Origin: Octopus vulgaris | Lineage: Eukaryota | Assembly (NCBI GenBank): GCA_951406725.2 | Contig: OX597828.1 | Location: forward strand, 72,974,001-73,038,000 | Direction of reading: 5' to 3' | Length of the DNA stretch: 64,000 bases | In this document: one piece after another, positions 26,151 through 40,199 of the stretch | Layout: every line of letters begins with the position of its first letter | Numbering within the stretch: position 1 is the first letter of the stretch | Position numbers and translations under genes: made by a program | The notes under the pieces: generated by a model | Database searches by the model: none | What the model was told of the DNA's origin: nothing | Seen by the model: the letters and a program-made list of their open reading frames with translations, nothing else

Positions 26151-26941
26151 CACACACATATATATATAGGACGGGCTTCTTTCTGTTTCCGTCTACCAAA
26201 TCTATTCACAAGGCTTTGGTCAGCCTGAGGCTATAGTAGAAGACACTTGCCCAAGGTGCTGTGCTGCGGGACTGAACCTGGAACCATGTGGTTGGGAAGC
26301 AAGCTTCTTACCGCACAGACACTCCTTTGTTATCTGTTTGTCTTTATTTCCTCAACATTAACACCTGCTTTGACTTTAGTATAATTTTACCTTTGGTTTT
26401 AATCATTCACTTCCTCAAACCACTTCCTTTGCTTTGTCGGTCTTTGTAATGTGACGTGTGTCAGGTCACTTCTGAGTGCAATTCGTAACATGACACTCAA
26501 GACAACAACTCCTTTGATGTTTTAATCACCGATGACTAAACCAGCAGAGTTGTCACAAAGAGGAAGACATAAAGAAGGGCCATCGAAATGTAGGATGAAC
26601 CCATCAAGGGACCAACAGACACAGCATAGGGCACAGAGAATGGCACATATTCGAGTTGGTAAATGAGTGCAAAGTGAAAATAATAAAATAAAAAAAGCAC
26701 TGGAGGCAATTGAGCGTAAGCTATAGCCAGTGCATCCAACTGGGTCATGAAAACCCTTAAAGTGGGTCCTTCTGCGTTTTGTGTGTATAGCCGTAGCAGG
26801 CGGTTGCATTTGACAAATCTTCAGGTTTGATCAAATAGCCACACAGCTTTGTGAAATCTAATTCAAGATCCTTCCCGGATTATATAGACTCACAGGAGCG
26901 TTTTTTTTTTGGAGAGTATATATTACCCCTGTATATATTAC

Positions 26942-27119
26942 CCCTGGATGGGACGCCAGTCCGTCGAACGTTTACTCAATTTTGCCAGCTGAGTGGTACT
27001 GGAACATGAAATGAAGCGTTTTGTTCGAGAGGATAACGCGTCGTTCGGTCCAGGAATCGAAATCAGAACCTCACGATGACGCGTCCAGTAACGCTGACCA
27101 CTAAGCCAGACACTTCCAC
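26942..27119 (-). mobile_element. degenerate SINE with D-type head and E-type segment
   Basis: On the - strand: GTGGAAGTGTCTGGCTTAGTGGTCAGCG..CCAGTACCACTCAGCTGGCAAAA..CGACGGACTGGCGTCCCATCCAGGGG. Confidence 0.6.
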
Positions 27120-27439
27120 GGAATCTCTGAGAGGTTTTACTCCAGTATTTCCGTAACGGTTATTTCCATTAAGAAATTAATGGAACATTCGCTTCACGGA
27201 TATATTGGAGTATAACTCTAGGTTTCATGGCGAAATCTATCAAAATCGGTCAAAACTGTCAGTCTGCATTATGGAGCAGGACATGGCTGTGAGGTGAAGA
27301 CATTCGCTTTGCAGCCATGTGGTCTCGTGTTCAGTCCTGCTGTACAGCACCTTGAGCAAATATTATCTTCTCTAACCTCGGATCGACCAATATCTGCTCA
27401 GTTAATTTGGTACGCGGAAATTATATGGAATTCAGCCGC

Positions 27440-27620
<181 letters not shown>

Positions 27621-28079
27621 TGCCTACGGGGGTGCATATGTTTGTGTTTGTTGCCCCACACACTGACACATTAAATTCAGTTTTGATTTGTTTAGAACCC
27701 GTAGCTTAGCGGTTCGAGAAATAAGACCAACAAAATACATACCAAACTTAAAACTTACTGCGGTCGATCTGTTTTACAAATTCTTTCAACGCAGTACTCT
27801 AGTATGGCCGCAGTCTATACATCTTTATAAACATAAAAAGCAGTTTTTGACAATTCCTTCGTCCAGCCCTGGCCATACTTTGCTACTGGAATCAAAGGAC
27901 CCAGAATAACAAAAAATGTGGATTATGTTGCACAAGTTCTCCCTTTTCAAAACTACATTACTCGGGAATCAAGAATTTAGGCTCAACTAACGCAAGCTTT
28001 TTGGATTCACAGAGGGACGCTGGAGCACTTATAAAAGAGCCTGGGATATCGTGCATCTACTATCGTTTATCCTCTTTTT

Positions 28080-28267
28080 TGATTTAGTTATTAGACTGCA
28101 GCCATGCTGGGGCCCCGTCTTGAAGAATTTTTAGTCGAATGAATCGATCCCAGCACTTACTTTCTTTTTTTAAATCTCGGTACCTATTATATCGGTTTCC
28201 TTTGCCGAACCGCGAGCTTACGCGGACGTAAACGCACCATCACCAGTTGTCAAGCGGTAGAAGGTGA

Positions 28268-28352
<85 letters not shown>

Positions 28353-28517
28353 ATGATGGACTTCTTTCAGTTTCCGTCTACCAAATCTACTCAGAAGGCT
28401 TTGATGAGCCCTAGGCTTTAATAGAAAACACTTACCAAGTTACCACACAGTAGAACTGAACCTGGAACCATGTGGTTGGGAAGCAAGCTTCTTACCACAC
28501 ACAGCCACGCCTGCGCC
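28080..28517 (-). mobile_element. family B SINE
   Basis: Both modules present, with internal (CA)n. Confidence 0.85.
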
Positions 28518-30013
28518 ATTATAATACATTTTTGTAATTAAATACTATTTGGAATTGTGTAAAACAAAATTCTTAATATTTTGTGTGTATTGAAGAAATA
28601 TAACCAATTTGTGACCTTTAAAATCTTTTATGGACCCCTAAGGGTCACATGGATCCCCGCTGAGAATCATTGCTCTGCACGGTCGTTGAACCTGCGAGAA
28701 ATAGCTCACAAAACACTCTCAAATCTCTTTATTTACCAAACCGTTTGCCTCTCGACTCTCTCACTCCGCCCATGCAACAGCACCCCACCTCCACCCCCAC
28801 CACCACTACATCCCCGTCCCCATCACCTTGAAGAAGAAGAACAACAACAGCAACAACAACAGCTGTAGTATGTTGACAAGAGAACCTTGAGATATACACG
28901 CACGCGTGTGTGTGTGTCTGTGTATGTGCGTGCGTGTGCGTGTGTATGTATATGTGTGGTCGTCTTACCTTGAGACACACACACCTTGACAACCATCACC
29001 ACCGTCACCATGATCACCTTCATCTTCATCAATACCCCCACCACCACCACCACCACCACCACCGCCATCGCCACCAACACCGCCATCACCACCATTATCA
29101 CAACCATCACCATCACAAAATGTGGTGATACCATTGTCTGCAATATATATATATATATATATTAAATATATGTAGAGGGTTGCCTTGACACACAGAAACG
29201 CGCGCATGCGCGCACACACATACACACACGCACACACCAGTAAGACTACCACCAAACCATCACCTTCCGCTATGCTGATACAAATACCATTTATTGTAAC
29301 GAAATATGTTGCACAGCTACACTCCGCCGTCGCTACCATCTCCGCCCCCACCATCGGCCCCCACCATCACCACCACCCACAGCCACCGACACCACCACGA
29401 TCTTTCCCACCTCCACCATCCACTTCCATCGTCAGCACTATTGTTGTTATGCAATATAATGTTACCTCGCCACATTACAAACCGATATGAAGTTTGGCAT
29501 CATGTTGCTCATTCGATATTTGCTTATTTGGGGCTTGGGTAATTTCTCCCACCCCACACATGGCTAATACCCTGAGCAAAGCTGCACAAGAATGACTACC
29601 TTTCATAACTATAGCACTGCACGTGAACCATATAAATGCACATAAATGCTACGTTAAAACGACATTCAGACAATTATGCAGCAGAAACACGTGTCGGAAT
29701 GGAATGATTCTTCGATAATAAACAAGATTTAAAGATGCATAATTCTCCATTCTTTTTTTTATAATGTCTTGGTTACAAACATTCCACGTTTTATGAAATC
29801 CATTGAAACGAAGTCTGGATTTGCCTCTGGGGTAAATTTCCGTGTAGTTGCATTTCTTAATCCTGTGTGCCTTAGTATTCGATTTAGTTTCACAGATGTG
29901 GATTATATCAGAGTGCTAATATGGTACCTGCGCGGAGAACAAACCTCTTGGCGATGCAAATAGGAAAAATACTACTCAAATCATGAGTATGTATATATAT
30001 ATATATATATATG

Positions 30014-30054
<41 letters not shown>

Positions 30055-30187
30055 CCGTCTTCTTTCAGTTTCCACCTACCAAATCCACTCACAAAGCTTT
30101 GGTTGGTCCGAGAAAATAGTACAAGACACTGCGCAAGGTGTCACAAAGTGGGATTGAACACGGAACCATGTGGTCGGGAGCAAGCTT

Positions 30188-30275
<88 letters not shown>

Positions 30276-30374
30276 ATGTATATATGTATATATGTATATA
30301 TATATGTATGTATATATGTATATATGTATGTATTCATATATATGTGTGCGTGTATATATATACATATATAGAGA

Positions 30375-30407
30375 TATTATTATTATTATTACTATTAATA
30401 TTATTAC

Positions 30408-30492
<85 letters not shown>

Positions 30493-30580
30493 GTTATTAT
30501 TATTATTATCATTACTATTATTATTATTATTATTATTATTGTTATTATTATTATTATTACGATTATTATTACTATTATCA
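30375..30580. repeat. (ATT)n microsatellite
   Basis: About 200 bp of ATT repeats. Confidence 0.97.
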
Positions 30581-30752
30581 TCTATTATTTTAGTATCTAG
30601 CAAAACCAACATCCCGATAAGAGGGTCGAGATTTTCGGAATGTAACCCGACTATGTAAAATCGCCAGACTTCGGTGCACTTGCCTATTACATTCGTTCGT
30701 TTTCTCTCTCCCCCTCACTCTCTCTCTGTATATATATATATATTTATATATT

Positions 30753-30791
<39 letters not shown>

Positions 30792-31185
30792 ATGAATGAG
30801 TACGTGTGGATGCGTGTACTTGTGGTTGTATCTTAGGAAACTTTCATGAAGGAAAAGATAAAACAGAAATAGAATTAGACAGGGAGATGAATAGATAAGT
30901 CAGGAGATAGAGAGATAAAGAGATAGGCAGGGTGAGCGCGCGAGCGAGAGAGCGAGAGAGAGATAGAGAGAGAGAGAGAGAGGGAGAGGGAGAGATAGAG
31001 AGAGAGAGGGGGGGAGAGAGAGAGAGAGGAGAGAGAGGGTGAGAGACGAAAGCAAGAGGAAGTAGCCGTAGGGAGAAGAGCGAAGAGAGAGAATAGAGGC
31101 AGCGGATTGTGTTTATGATGTTCAGCTTCTCATAATCATCCCTTTATTTTAAGTATATATATATATATATATGTGTGTGTGTATG

Positions 31186-31538
31186 GACGTAGGAGCGGCT
31201 GTGTGGTAAGTAGCTTGCTTACCAATCGTATGGTTCCGGGTTCGGTCGCACTGCGTGACACCTTAGGCAGGTGTGTTCTACTATAGCCTCGGGCCAACCA
31301 AAGCTTTGTGAGTGACGGAAACTGAAAGAAGGCTGTCGTATATATATATATATATATTTCTGTGTTTGTGTTTTTCCCCCCACCATCGTTTGACAACCGA
31401 TGCTCGTGTGTTGACGTCCCCGTAAATTAGCAGTTCGGCAAAAGAGACCGATACAATAAATAGTAGTATGTTGCGGGGACATAAACACGCCAACATCGGT
31501 TGTCAAGCGATGTTGGGATGAGGGTGGGGGCAAACACA

Positions 31539-31588
<50 letters not shown>

Positions 31589-31762
31589 TATATATATACG
31601 ACGGGCTTCTTTCAGTTTCCGTCTACCAAATCCACTCACATGGCTTTGGGCGGCCCGAGCCTATAGTAGAAGAAACTTGCCCAAGGTGCCACGCAGTGGG
31701 ACTGAACTCGGACCCATGTTGTTGGTAAGCAAGCTACTTACAACACAACCACTCTTGCGCCT
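31186..31762. mobile_element. two 3'-truncated family B SINEs in tail-to-tail inverted arrangement
   Basis: + copy at 31186-31453 and - copy at 31473-31762, about 20 bp apart. Confidence 0.85.
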
Positions 31763-31803
31763 TAATGTATTTATACATGTCTGAGTTTGTGTGTATGCAT
31801 GTA

Positions 31804-31853
<50 letters not shown>

Positions 31854-31856
31854 TAC

Positions 31857-31981
<125 letters not shown>

Positions 31982-33216
31982 TAGATAGATAGATAGATAA
32001 ACAAACATACATACATACATACATACATGCATACATACATACATACATACATACATACATACATACATACATACATACATACATACATGTGTACCTCCGA
32101 ACCGTGTGAGTGATAGGAAGTCCACGATAAGATAATGTTCATAGACGTGTAAAGATTGTTTTCATTTTCATTTTTATATTTATACACACATATCTAAAGA
32201 TTCCCCCCTCGGTGGAATTCTTGTTGTGGATACAAGCCAGCTATGCGGAAAACCTGTGGGGTCCAGTGCTGTCTGCCTGCTAAAATTAGCAATGCAGTTC
32301 CCTCAAATCAAACCGAATAATCTTGGAACTGGAGAAGTTGGAAAATATAATCGTTGATAGGGTATTTCTGTGGAATCCAAGAGAAATACGTTCTTTTCGA
32401 AGTTTTTCTTGCTCTATGTGGCTGCACTATCTGCTAGAAATAACAGCTAAAATAAATTAAGATTAAATTACAGTCTGTCATCTTTTCAAGTAGTGAAAGA
32501 CACATCGGACGATGTAGTGTTAGATACATGGAAAGGATAGAATTCTCACGGTCGGAATGCGATTCATCATGTGTCTGTCAGCTCGGCCACGGGTATCGCT
32601 GACAAAATCATAAAGTAATTTAGTAGCAGCAACAGTAGCAGCGACAACACCATCAACAACCGTGAGTTGAGATTTTGTGTGCGTTGTTGACAGAAGTGTA
32701 TGTATGTATGTATGTATGTACGTATGTATATGTATCTATGTATGCATTTATATATGTACGCTCGTGTGTATTCATGTATGTATGTATGTATGTATGTATG
32801 TATGTATGTATGTATGTATGTATGTATGTACCTATGTGCATGTGTGTATTTATATATGTATATGCATGTATTAATCTGGTTGTATACACAAACATAACGT
32901 AACAACGAATCGCTCTGTTTTTATCATTTTATCATTTTGAATTTAGTTCTTATCTTGAAGAGTTCGTTTAAGCGAACGAAAGCGGTGATAATAAAGAATT
33001 ATCCAAAATTATGACTGCATCCGCGATATACATACATACATACATGCATACATACATATACGTGTATATATATGTATGTGTATATATGAATGTATATCTA
33101 TATATGCATGCTTGTATATATATGTATATAATGTATGTATGTGTGTGTGTATATATATACATATGAATATGTGTAGTTAATGTATGTATATCTATATCTA
33201 TCTATTTGTCTATCTC

Positions 33217-33252
<36 letters not shown>

Positions 33253-33283
33253 GCTATCTATCTGTCTGTCTGTCTGTCTCTCC

Positions 33284-33339
<56 letters not shown>

Positions 33340-33698
33340 ATGTGTATGTATATGTCCTCTTACTACATTTAGATCTGCTGACAAACCTGGTGTCGGAAGA
33401 GACGATTTGAGTAGCCGTTTTTCTTCAAACGAAAATAATTTAACAATAATCACGTGACGAAAACATCGGGAATTCATGACATAAAATAATTTGTAATTGC
33501 TTACATAATTCAAAATATTTGCTTCATAATTTTCAAATCACGAATTCTTAATACAAATTTTTTCTCAGAATTTTTTCCAGGAACTAACCTATTTCTTATT
33601 TTGAGTTTCACTTTCTCTTGTGTTCTTGTTCCTCTGTGTTTCCTATTTTTCATGTACCATTCACTTTTTTCTTTGCCGTAGGATATATGTTATGATCA

Positions 33699-34089
33699 GT
33701 GGAGGCGCAATGGCCCAGTGGTTAGGGCAGCAGACTCGCGGTCATAGGATTGCGGTTTCGATTCCCAGACCGGGCGTTGTGACTGTTTATTGAGCGAAAA
33801 CACCTAAAGCACCACGAGCCTCCGGCAGGGGATGGTGGTGATCCCTGCTGCACTCTTTCACCACAACTTTCTCTCACTCTTACTTCCTGTTTCTGTTGTA
33901 CCTGTATTTCAAAGGGCCGGCCTTGTCACTCTCTGTGTCACGCTGAATATCCCCGAAAACTACGTTAAGGGTACACGTGTCTGTGGAGTGCTCAGCCACT
34001 TACACGTTAATTTCACGAGCAGGCTGTTCCGTTGATTCGGATCAACCGGAACCCTCGTCGTCGTAACCGACGGAGTGCTTCCATCCATC
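33699..34089 (+). mobile_element. tRNA-derived SINE, family C, full length
   Basis: GTGGAGGCGCAATGGCCCAGTGGTTAGGGCAGCAGACTCGCGGTCATAGG, B-box-like GTTTCGATTCCC, end CGTAACCGACGGAGTGCTTCCATCCAT. Flanked by TTATGA(T/C)C. Confidence 0.9.
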
Positions 34090-34854
34090 TTATGACCGTT
34101 TTGAGACTTAGCGCCCATTTTCACAATATCTGTTGTATTATTTTCTTTCTCATTTTCTTATCGCATCGCATAGTAACTTTCTTTTTCAATCTTACTATAT
34201 TGTAATATTGATCATAAAGAGACGATGTGTGAATGGTCTACTATACATTTACCTGCATTTTTACTTATTCGATTTCATCTTTACACACGCCACCAATCGA
34301 ACACTTCCTTTTTTGTCCACCTTATGTGTGTGTGTGTATGTGTGTGTGTGAGAGAGAGAGAGAGAGTGTGTGTGTAATATTCGTTATGCTCTGAATTCAA
34401 CAGACGTCCCTGTCTTGTTACTCTCATCAGAAATGCAGTGAAGCAGTAATTAGTTACCTGTTGGAGACCTGTACCCAGTGACGCTGCTGTCAACCTGTTC
34501 ACCTGTAAAATACACATACAAATATACATACATACACGCACACATACATACATACACATATATATATGCATGCATACATACATACATACACACACACATA
34601 TATACATACGTATATATTTATATATATATGTATTTATATTTATATGTATATGTACAAATATAAACATATATATGTATATACATGTGTGTGTGTGTGTGTG
34701 TGTCTATGTGAGTTAGAGGTTAAGCAACCATCTAAGGGATAATAAATATCCAATATACAACAGGATGTATACCTACGTAATTATATCCAAGTGCTTACCT
34801 TTGCAGGGTAGTAGTGCAATTGAAAAACAGGTGTGAGTGGCGGTAAAGTATTTG

Positions 34855-34902
<48 letters not shown>

Positions 34903-35454
34903 GCATACCTAGCTGCTGTCAAGAGGTGAGTGCGGCCCTGTGGTATGTGCTCCACCCGCTGCTTTCCGAAACCACGAAAACAACGTATCAGGTTTTCCTG
35001 TTTTTCTTGATTGAATAGCGACCCCTTCCCACCCACATGAACATAACCACACCCAGTTTCTTACATACGAGCCACAGTGTGTACCACTACGAGATAATTT
35101 GATTTACTAGAAATAGCAGTCATATTTTATTTTTTTATTCACACTCTGCTTTCAAAGAAGGAATTCTAGGTTATATGTGTATGGACCGGATTGCACTGTG
35201 CCAAGGAAAACGACGTGATAGTCATGGTTGGAACAGCTGTGATCGGATACCTTTTCGTCACAGCGGACCTGTGGTTAAACAACAGCAATATTACTTACCT
35301 GTAGCCCACTATTCACTGTTTTTCTCACCCATTCCATTATCTTCTTCCAAACCAATCGTGACCCATTTCTTGTAGACCCTTTTAATACTACCCCGCATCC
35401 ACCCTTATTTTCACTATCAACACCGTCCATTTGTAATAGACCTTTCTCTTTCTC

Positions 35455-35842
35455 TTTTCTCTTTTACTTGTTTCAGTCATTTGACTGCGGCCATGCTGGA
35501 GCACCACCTTTAGTCGAGCAAATCGACCCCGGGACTTATTCTTTGTAAGCCCAGTACTTATTCTATCGGTCTCTTTTTGCCGAACCGCTAAGTGACGGGG
35601 ACGTAAACACACCAGCATCGGTTGTCAAGCAATGCTAGGGGGACAAACACAGACACACAAACACACATACATATATAGGACAGGCTTCTTTCAGTTTCCG
35701 TCTACCAAATCCACTCACAAGGCATTGGTCGGCCCGGGGCTATAGCAGAAGACACTTGCCCAAGATGCCACGCAGTGGGACTGAACCCGGAACCATGAGG
35801 TTTGTTAGCAAGCTACTTACCACACAGCCACTCCTGCGCCTA
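35455..35842 (-). mobile_element. family B SINE, full length, young
   Basis: Near-identical to the copies at 38975-39395, 53205-53598 and 54808-55290. Confidence 0.93.
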
Positions 35843-36543
35843 CTCAGTTTTTTTTTTGTTTTTTTGACAACTACCCCGTATTCACTATTCACTAATTGTC
35901 GCTCATATTATCACCATTTTCATATAATATAAATGCCACCCGGATTGAAATTCCATTATTGCTGTCCTCAATTTCACCTGCTCCTTGTATCCTCCCCTCC
36001 AGCGACCGTTTTTTCTTAACCATCCCAACTCATATATGAGAACATGGTGGCGGCGGCGGCGGCGGTGGTGGCGCTGGTGGCAGCTGTAGTTCTCATGGTG
36101 ACGGTACTGGTGATTTTGGTTCTGGTGATTGTAGTGGCGGTAATAGAACTGATGGTAGTGGTTGTAGTGTTTGTTGTTGTTGTTGTTGTTGTTGTTGTGG
36201 TGGTGGTGTATCTAGTGAGTCATACCTTTAATCATTTGTTTACTCATGCGAGACGAAAGATTTCTTGTTTGTCCTCTGAAATATTTAACACTGCTTTTGA
36301 TGCAATCGTCGTCGTCATCATCATCATCATCATCATCACCATCGTCATCGTCGTCGCCGTCATCGTCGTCATCGTCGGCATGCTGGATGTCGTCATCGTC
36401 AATATCAATCATCAGTACAATCACCATCATATCTTTATCATCATCGTTATCGTCGACATCATCTTCATCACCATCATCATTATCACCACCATCATCATCC
36501 ACATAGCCATCGTCATCACTATCATCATCATCATCAACATCAT

Positions 36544-36574
<31 letters not shown>

Positions 36575-36730
36575 TGTAGCAGCTGCCACAGAAGTTGTTC
36601 CATCCTCACCTGTAACACCACTACCACCACCACCGCCGCCACCACCACCACCACTGGGATCAATGCAAACGACTTACCCCTCCCCCAAATTTGAGGCCTT
36701 GTGCATGTATAGCAAAGAGGATTATAAAGG

Positions 36731-37399
36731 GTGCGGACACTTGCAGGGAATTTTGTGAACATTACTCTTGGAACCTCAGAAGGGTCTGCACATAGCCATC
36801 TGTCATGTCTTCTGTTAGTTTTGTGGCTCTGGTCAAAGTTTTTCTCATCTCAGAAAAACCAAATCTCAACATCTTCTGATGGTTTTTTAAGTTTGTTCAA
36901 AAGTATTTTTGGATCTGATTAAACGGTTTTCTTTTGTTTTTTTTCTGATATGAATTGACCTCTCCTCATCACATAAGATTTGTGTCTGATGTCTTCAGGC
37001 ACAACGTTTCTGACATACAAATTTTTTTTGCAATTTGTCTCATTGATTTTCCTTGATTGTCTCCAATGTTTTGCTTAACTTCCAGAATTAATTCAGGCGT
37101 CCTGATAGAATCAGAGTGTTTAGAATGTTTTGTACATTTTGATACTAGTAATACGCTTCCACCTTCTTTCTCTAACTCACCGAATCTTGTGTACAAAAGT
37201 TCTTGCAACTTTCAGAAAACGAGAAGTTTCTAAATCACCCTGCTTAGCCTTCAACGCCACAATCACAGCATGGCTTTTCAATTCATTAGTAAGCGTAGGG
37301 CCTGTCATTGCTATTTTCTGAAACAGAAGTTCAATAAGAATTAGTCTAATAACATAGTGATTAAAAACACACGTTTCCTCAAATACCGTCTGTCCCCTG
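36731..37399 (-). mobile_element. Tc1/mariner-superfamily transposon relic (5' end and N-terminal transposase)
   Basis: Terminus TA|CAGGGGACAGACGG. Peptides HSDSIRTPELILEVKQNIGDNQGKSMRQIAK, FFSDEKNFDQ and DRWLCADPSEVPRVMFTKFPASV, with frameshifts. Confidence 0.8.
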
Positions 37400-38344
37400 T
37401 ATATGTAATAGTTAAACTATATATTATGCATTTCGTTGTGTTTTGCTATACGCGTAATGCCCATGTCCCTGAAAAAACTGCTTTGCATGAATCCGGCCCG
37501 AAACGTAAAAGAATTTGCGGGCAGTTTCCCTAAGAGATATCTGGTGGAATAGTTTTGTTGTTAGTAACGTTGATGGCATTACTGTTCTTCTTTGGAGCTT
37601 ACAACAATGGAAATATTTCAAATTTTCTTCAACCTTCAATAAATAAACAAACGAATAAACAAAAAAAATTCAACGTATCCTTTAACCAAATACACGCACG
37701 CACACACACAGACACACAGACACACAGTCCCATAGACACATATAAGCAGACAAATACACATATATGCATGCACTCATGCATAAATGAACAGATATATAAA
37801 TATATGTAAGCATGCACTTAAACGCGCAATGACATACATTTAGATACACACAAACACACACATACACAAACACACACACACACACACACACATACACACA
37901 CACGTACAGAAATGAACAGAGAAATATAGAGACGGCGTGGAAAGTGAGTTAATTTAACATTTCCGTTTAGACTGACATTTCTGGAAGAGTTATGCTGTCC
38001 CCGGATGAAGTCAACCTGTTTTCTATCAAAATAATCTAATTCTAGAACACAGTGAATTATGGGTCTCATATCTGGGATACAGTCATCAACGCATACATAC
38101 GAATACATATACACACACATGAGTGTGCGCATATATATATATACATAAATATGTGTGTATATATATGTATAATGTTTATATTTATATATGTGTATGTGTA
38201 TGTGTATATATGTATATATATATGCATATATATGTGTATGTATGCATGTTCATATATGAAGTAAAAACACAAGGAAAAAAAATCAACGCTAGAACGTAGT
38301 AGATGCTAAGTAATAGGAGACGCTCAGGGAAGGAAAGAAAGGTA

Positions 38345-38380
38345 GTTTTACGTTTCGAGCAGACGCTCTTCTTCAGAAAA
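38345..38380 (-). ncRNA. minimal hammerhead-like motif in a ~180-bp dispersed repeat (38270-38455; second copy 57275-57478)
   Basis: On the - strand: TTTT-CTGAAGA-A-GAGC-GTCT-GCTC-GAAAC-GTA-AAAC. The copy at 57368-57403 reads GTTT-CTGAAGA-A-GAGC-ATCT-GCTT-GAAAT-GTT-AAAC. Confidence 0.5.
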
Positions 38381-38459
38381 AGATACAGAGGAAAGTCCAA
38401 GAGAAGAGGAAGATGGAGGAAAAAAAATCGCCAATGATCCAAATGTAGTTTTACATATG

Positions 38460-38500
<41 letters not shown>

Positions 38501-38889
38501 TTGTATATATGTATATATATGTATATATACATATATGTATATGTAATTTTATAAGTACAATTATAAAGTTATAGAGCAACTACTAAGAAACGCCACATGA
38601 TAGAATAAGACGCCAAATGGCTCTAAAACCACATTGTTTATTACACAGGCACAGGCTGAAAGCGAGAGAAGGAACAAACAAGTTTTTTTTTTACAAGAGT
38701 TTAGCTATGAATCGATTTCTAGTTTAGGGATGTAATACATTCTACTATCCTCAGTATGACACAACCGAAAGTACATAATCATAAACATTTATACGAACCA
38801 TACGAACACAAAGCATGTTTTTATTTATATACAAGTTAAATCTAGTTCGTTCAACTCAGCTACGTGTAAATAACCAATATATATATCTA

Positions 38890-38957
<68 letters not shown>

Positions 38958-38974
38958 TGTATATATATATATGT

Positions 38975-39395
38975 ATACTCTTTACTCTTTACTCTTTACT
39001 TGTTTCAGTCATTTGACTGCGGCCATGCTGGAGCACCGCCTTTAGTCGAGCAAATCGACCCCGGGATTTATTCTTTGTAAGCCCAGTACTTATTCTATCG
39101 GTCTCTTTTACCGAACCGCTAAGTAACGGGGACTTAAACACACCAGCATCGGTTGTCAAGCAATGCTAGGGAGACAAACACAGACACACAAACATATACA
39201 CACACATACATATATATATATGTACATATATATGACAAGCTTCTTTCAGTTTCCGTCTACGAAATCCACTCACAAGGCATTGGTCGGGCCGGAGCTATAG
39301 CAGAAGACACTTGCCCAAGATGCCACGCAGTAGGACTGAACCCGGAACCATGTGGCTGGTAAGCAAGCTACTTACCACACAGCCACTCCTGCGCC
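38975..39395 (-). mobile_element. family B SINE, full length
   Basis: Both modules present; tail (AGTAAAG)n. Confidence 0.93.
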
Positions 39396-39514
39396 TATAT
39401 ATATAGATGTATATATATACATATATATGTATATATATGTGCGTGGTATATATATATATATGTGTGTATGTATATATACGTGTATATGTATATGTATGTA
39501 TACATTTATATGTA

Positions 39515-39569
<55 letters not shown>

Positions 39570-39720
39570 ATGTGTTTGTGTATGTATGTATATAAGTATA
39601 TGTGTGTGTGTAGGTATGTGGACAAGCAAATCAAAAATTTAAAATGAAAGCAAGACATTAAATTTCAAAAGGATGTACATATGAAACGTATTAGGTTCAA
39701 ACTCAGAATCAGATGGAAAT

Positions 39721-39757
<37 letters not shown>

Positions 39758-39833
39758 AATACATATATATTTTTTGTATATATCTATGTATGTGTATAAA
39801 TCAAAGAGATGACACCGGAAAAAACAAATCATC

Positions 39834-39914
39834 AGCTTACAGCTGCTTCTGTTATAAGATGTGGTGGACTCTTATTTGGGTACGAGGTTGACATCGTATA
39901 GCTTCATCAGAGCT
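39834..39914 (-). ncRNA. degenerate type I hammerhead motif
   Basis: On the - strand: AGCT-CTGATGA-AGCTAT..ATAACA-GAAGC-AGCT-GTA-AGCT. 4-bp stem I and palindromic loop III, but GAAAC is changed to GAAGC. Confidence 0.45.
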
Positions 39915-40119
39915 TTGAATATTAAGTGTAATATCTTTGGAAAAGTTATATATTCAGACCAGGTTTTTAGTCTTACTATGCCTAACCGATGCATTTATAT
40001 GTGTGTTTGTGTGTGTATAAATATACACATTAAGTACAGGACAACTCCTCTTCAGTTGTCGACTATTTATTACTCCTTATTTCGCGCTTTCAATGACAAG
40101 ATAAGAAAACTTCATACAT

Positions 40120-40199
<80 letters not shown>

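Noticed and set aside
33699-33775. tRNA gene (also the heads at 10936, 54320 and 63587)
   Set aside because: They have A- and B-box-like motifs but continue into repeated SINE bodies, and I could not close a proper cloverleaf.
36044-36694. Hydrophobic or acidic low-complexity ORFs (also 43907-44542 and 28823-29490)
   Set aside because: Mixed trinucleotide repeats, open on both strands, with no domain or splice support.
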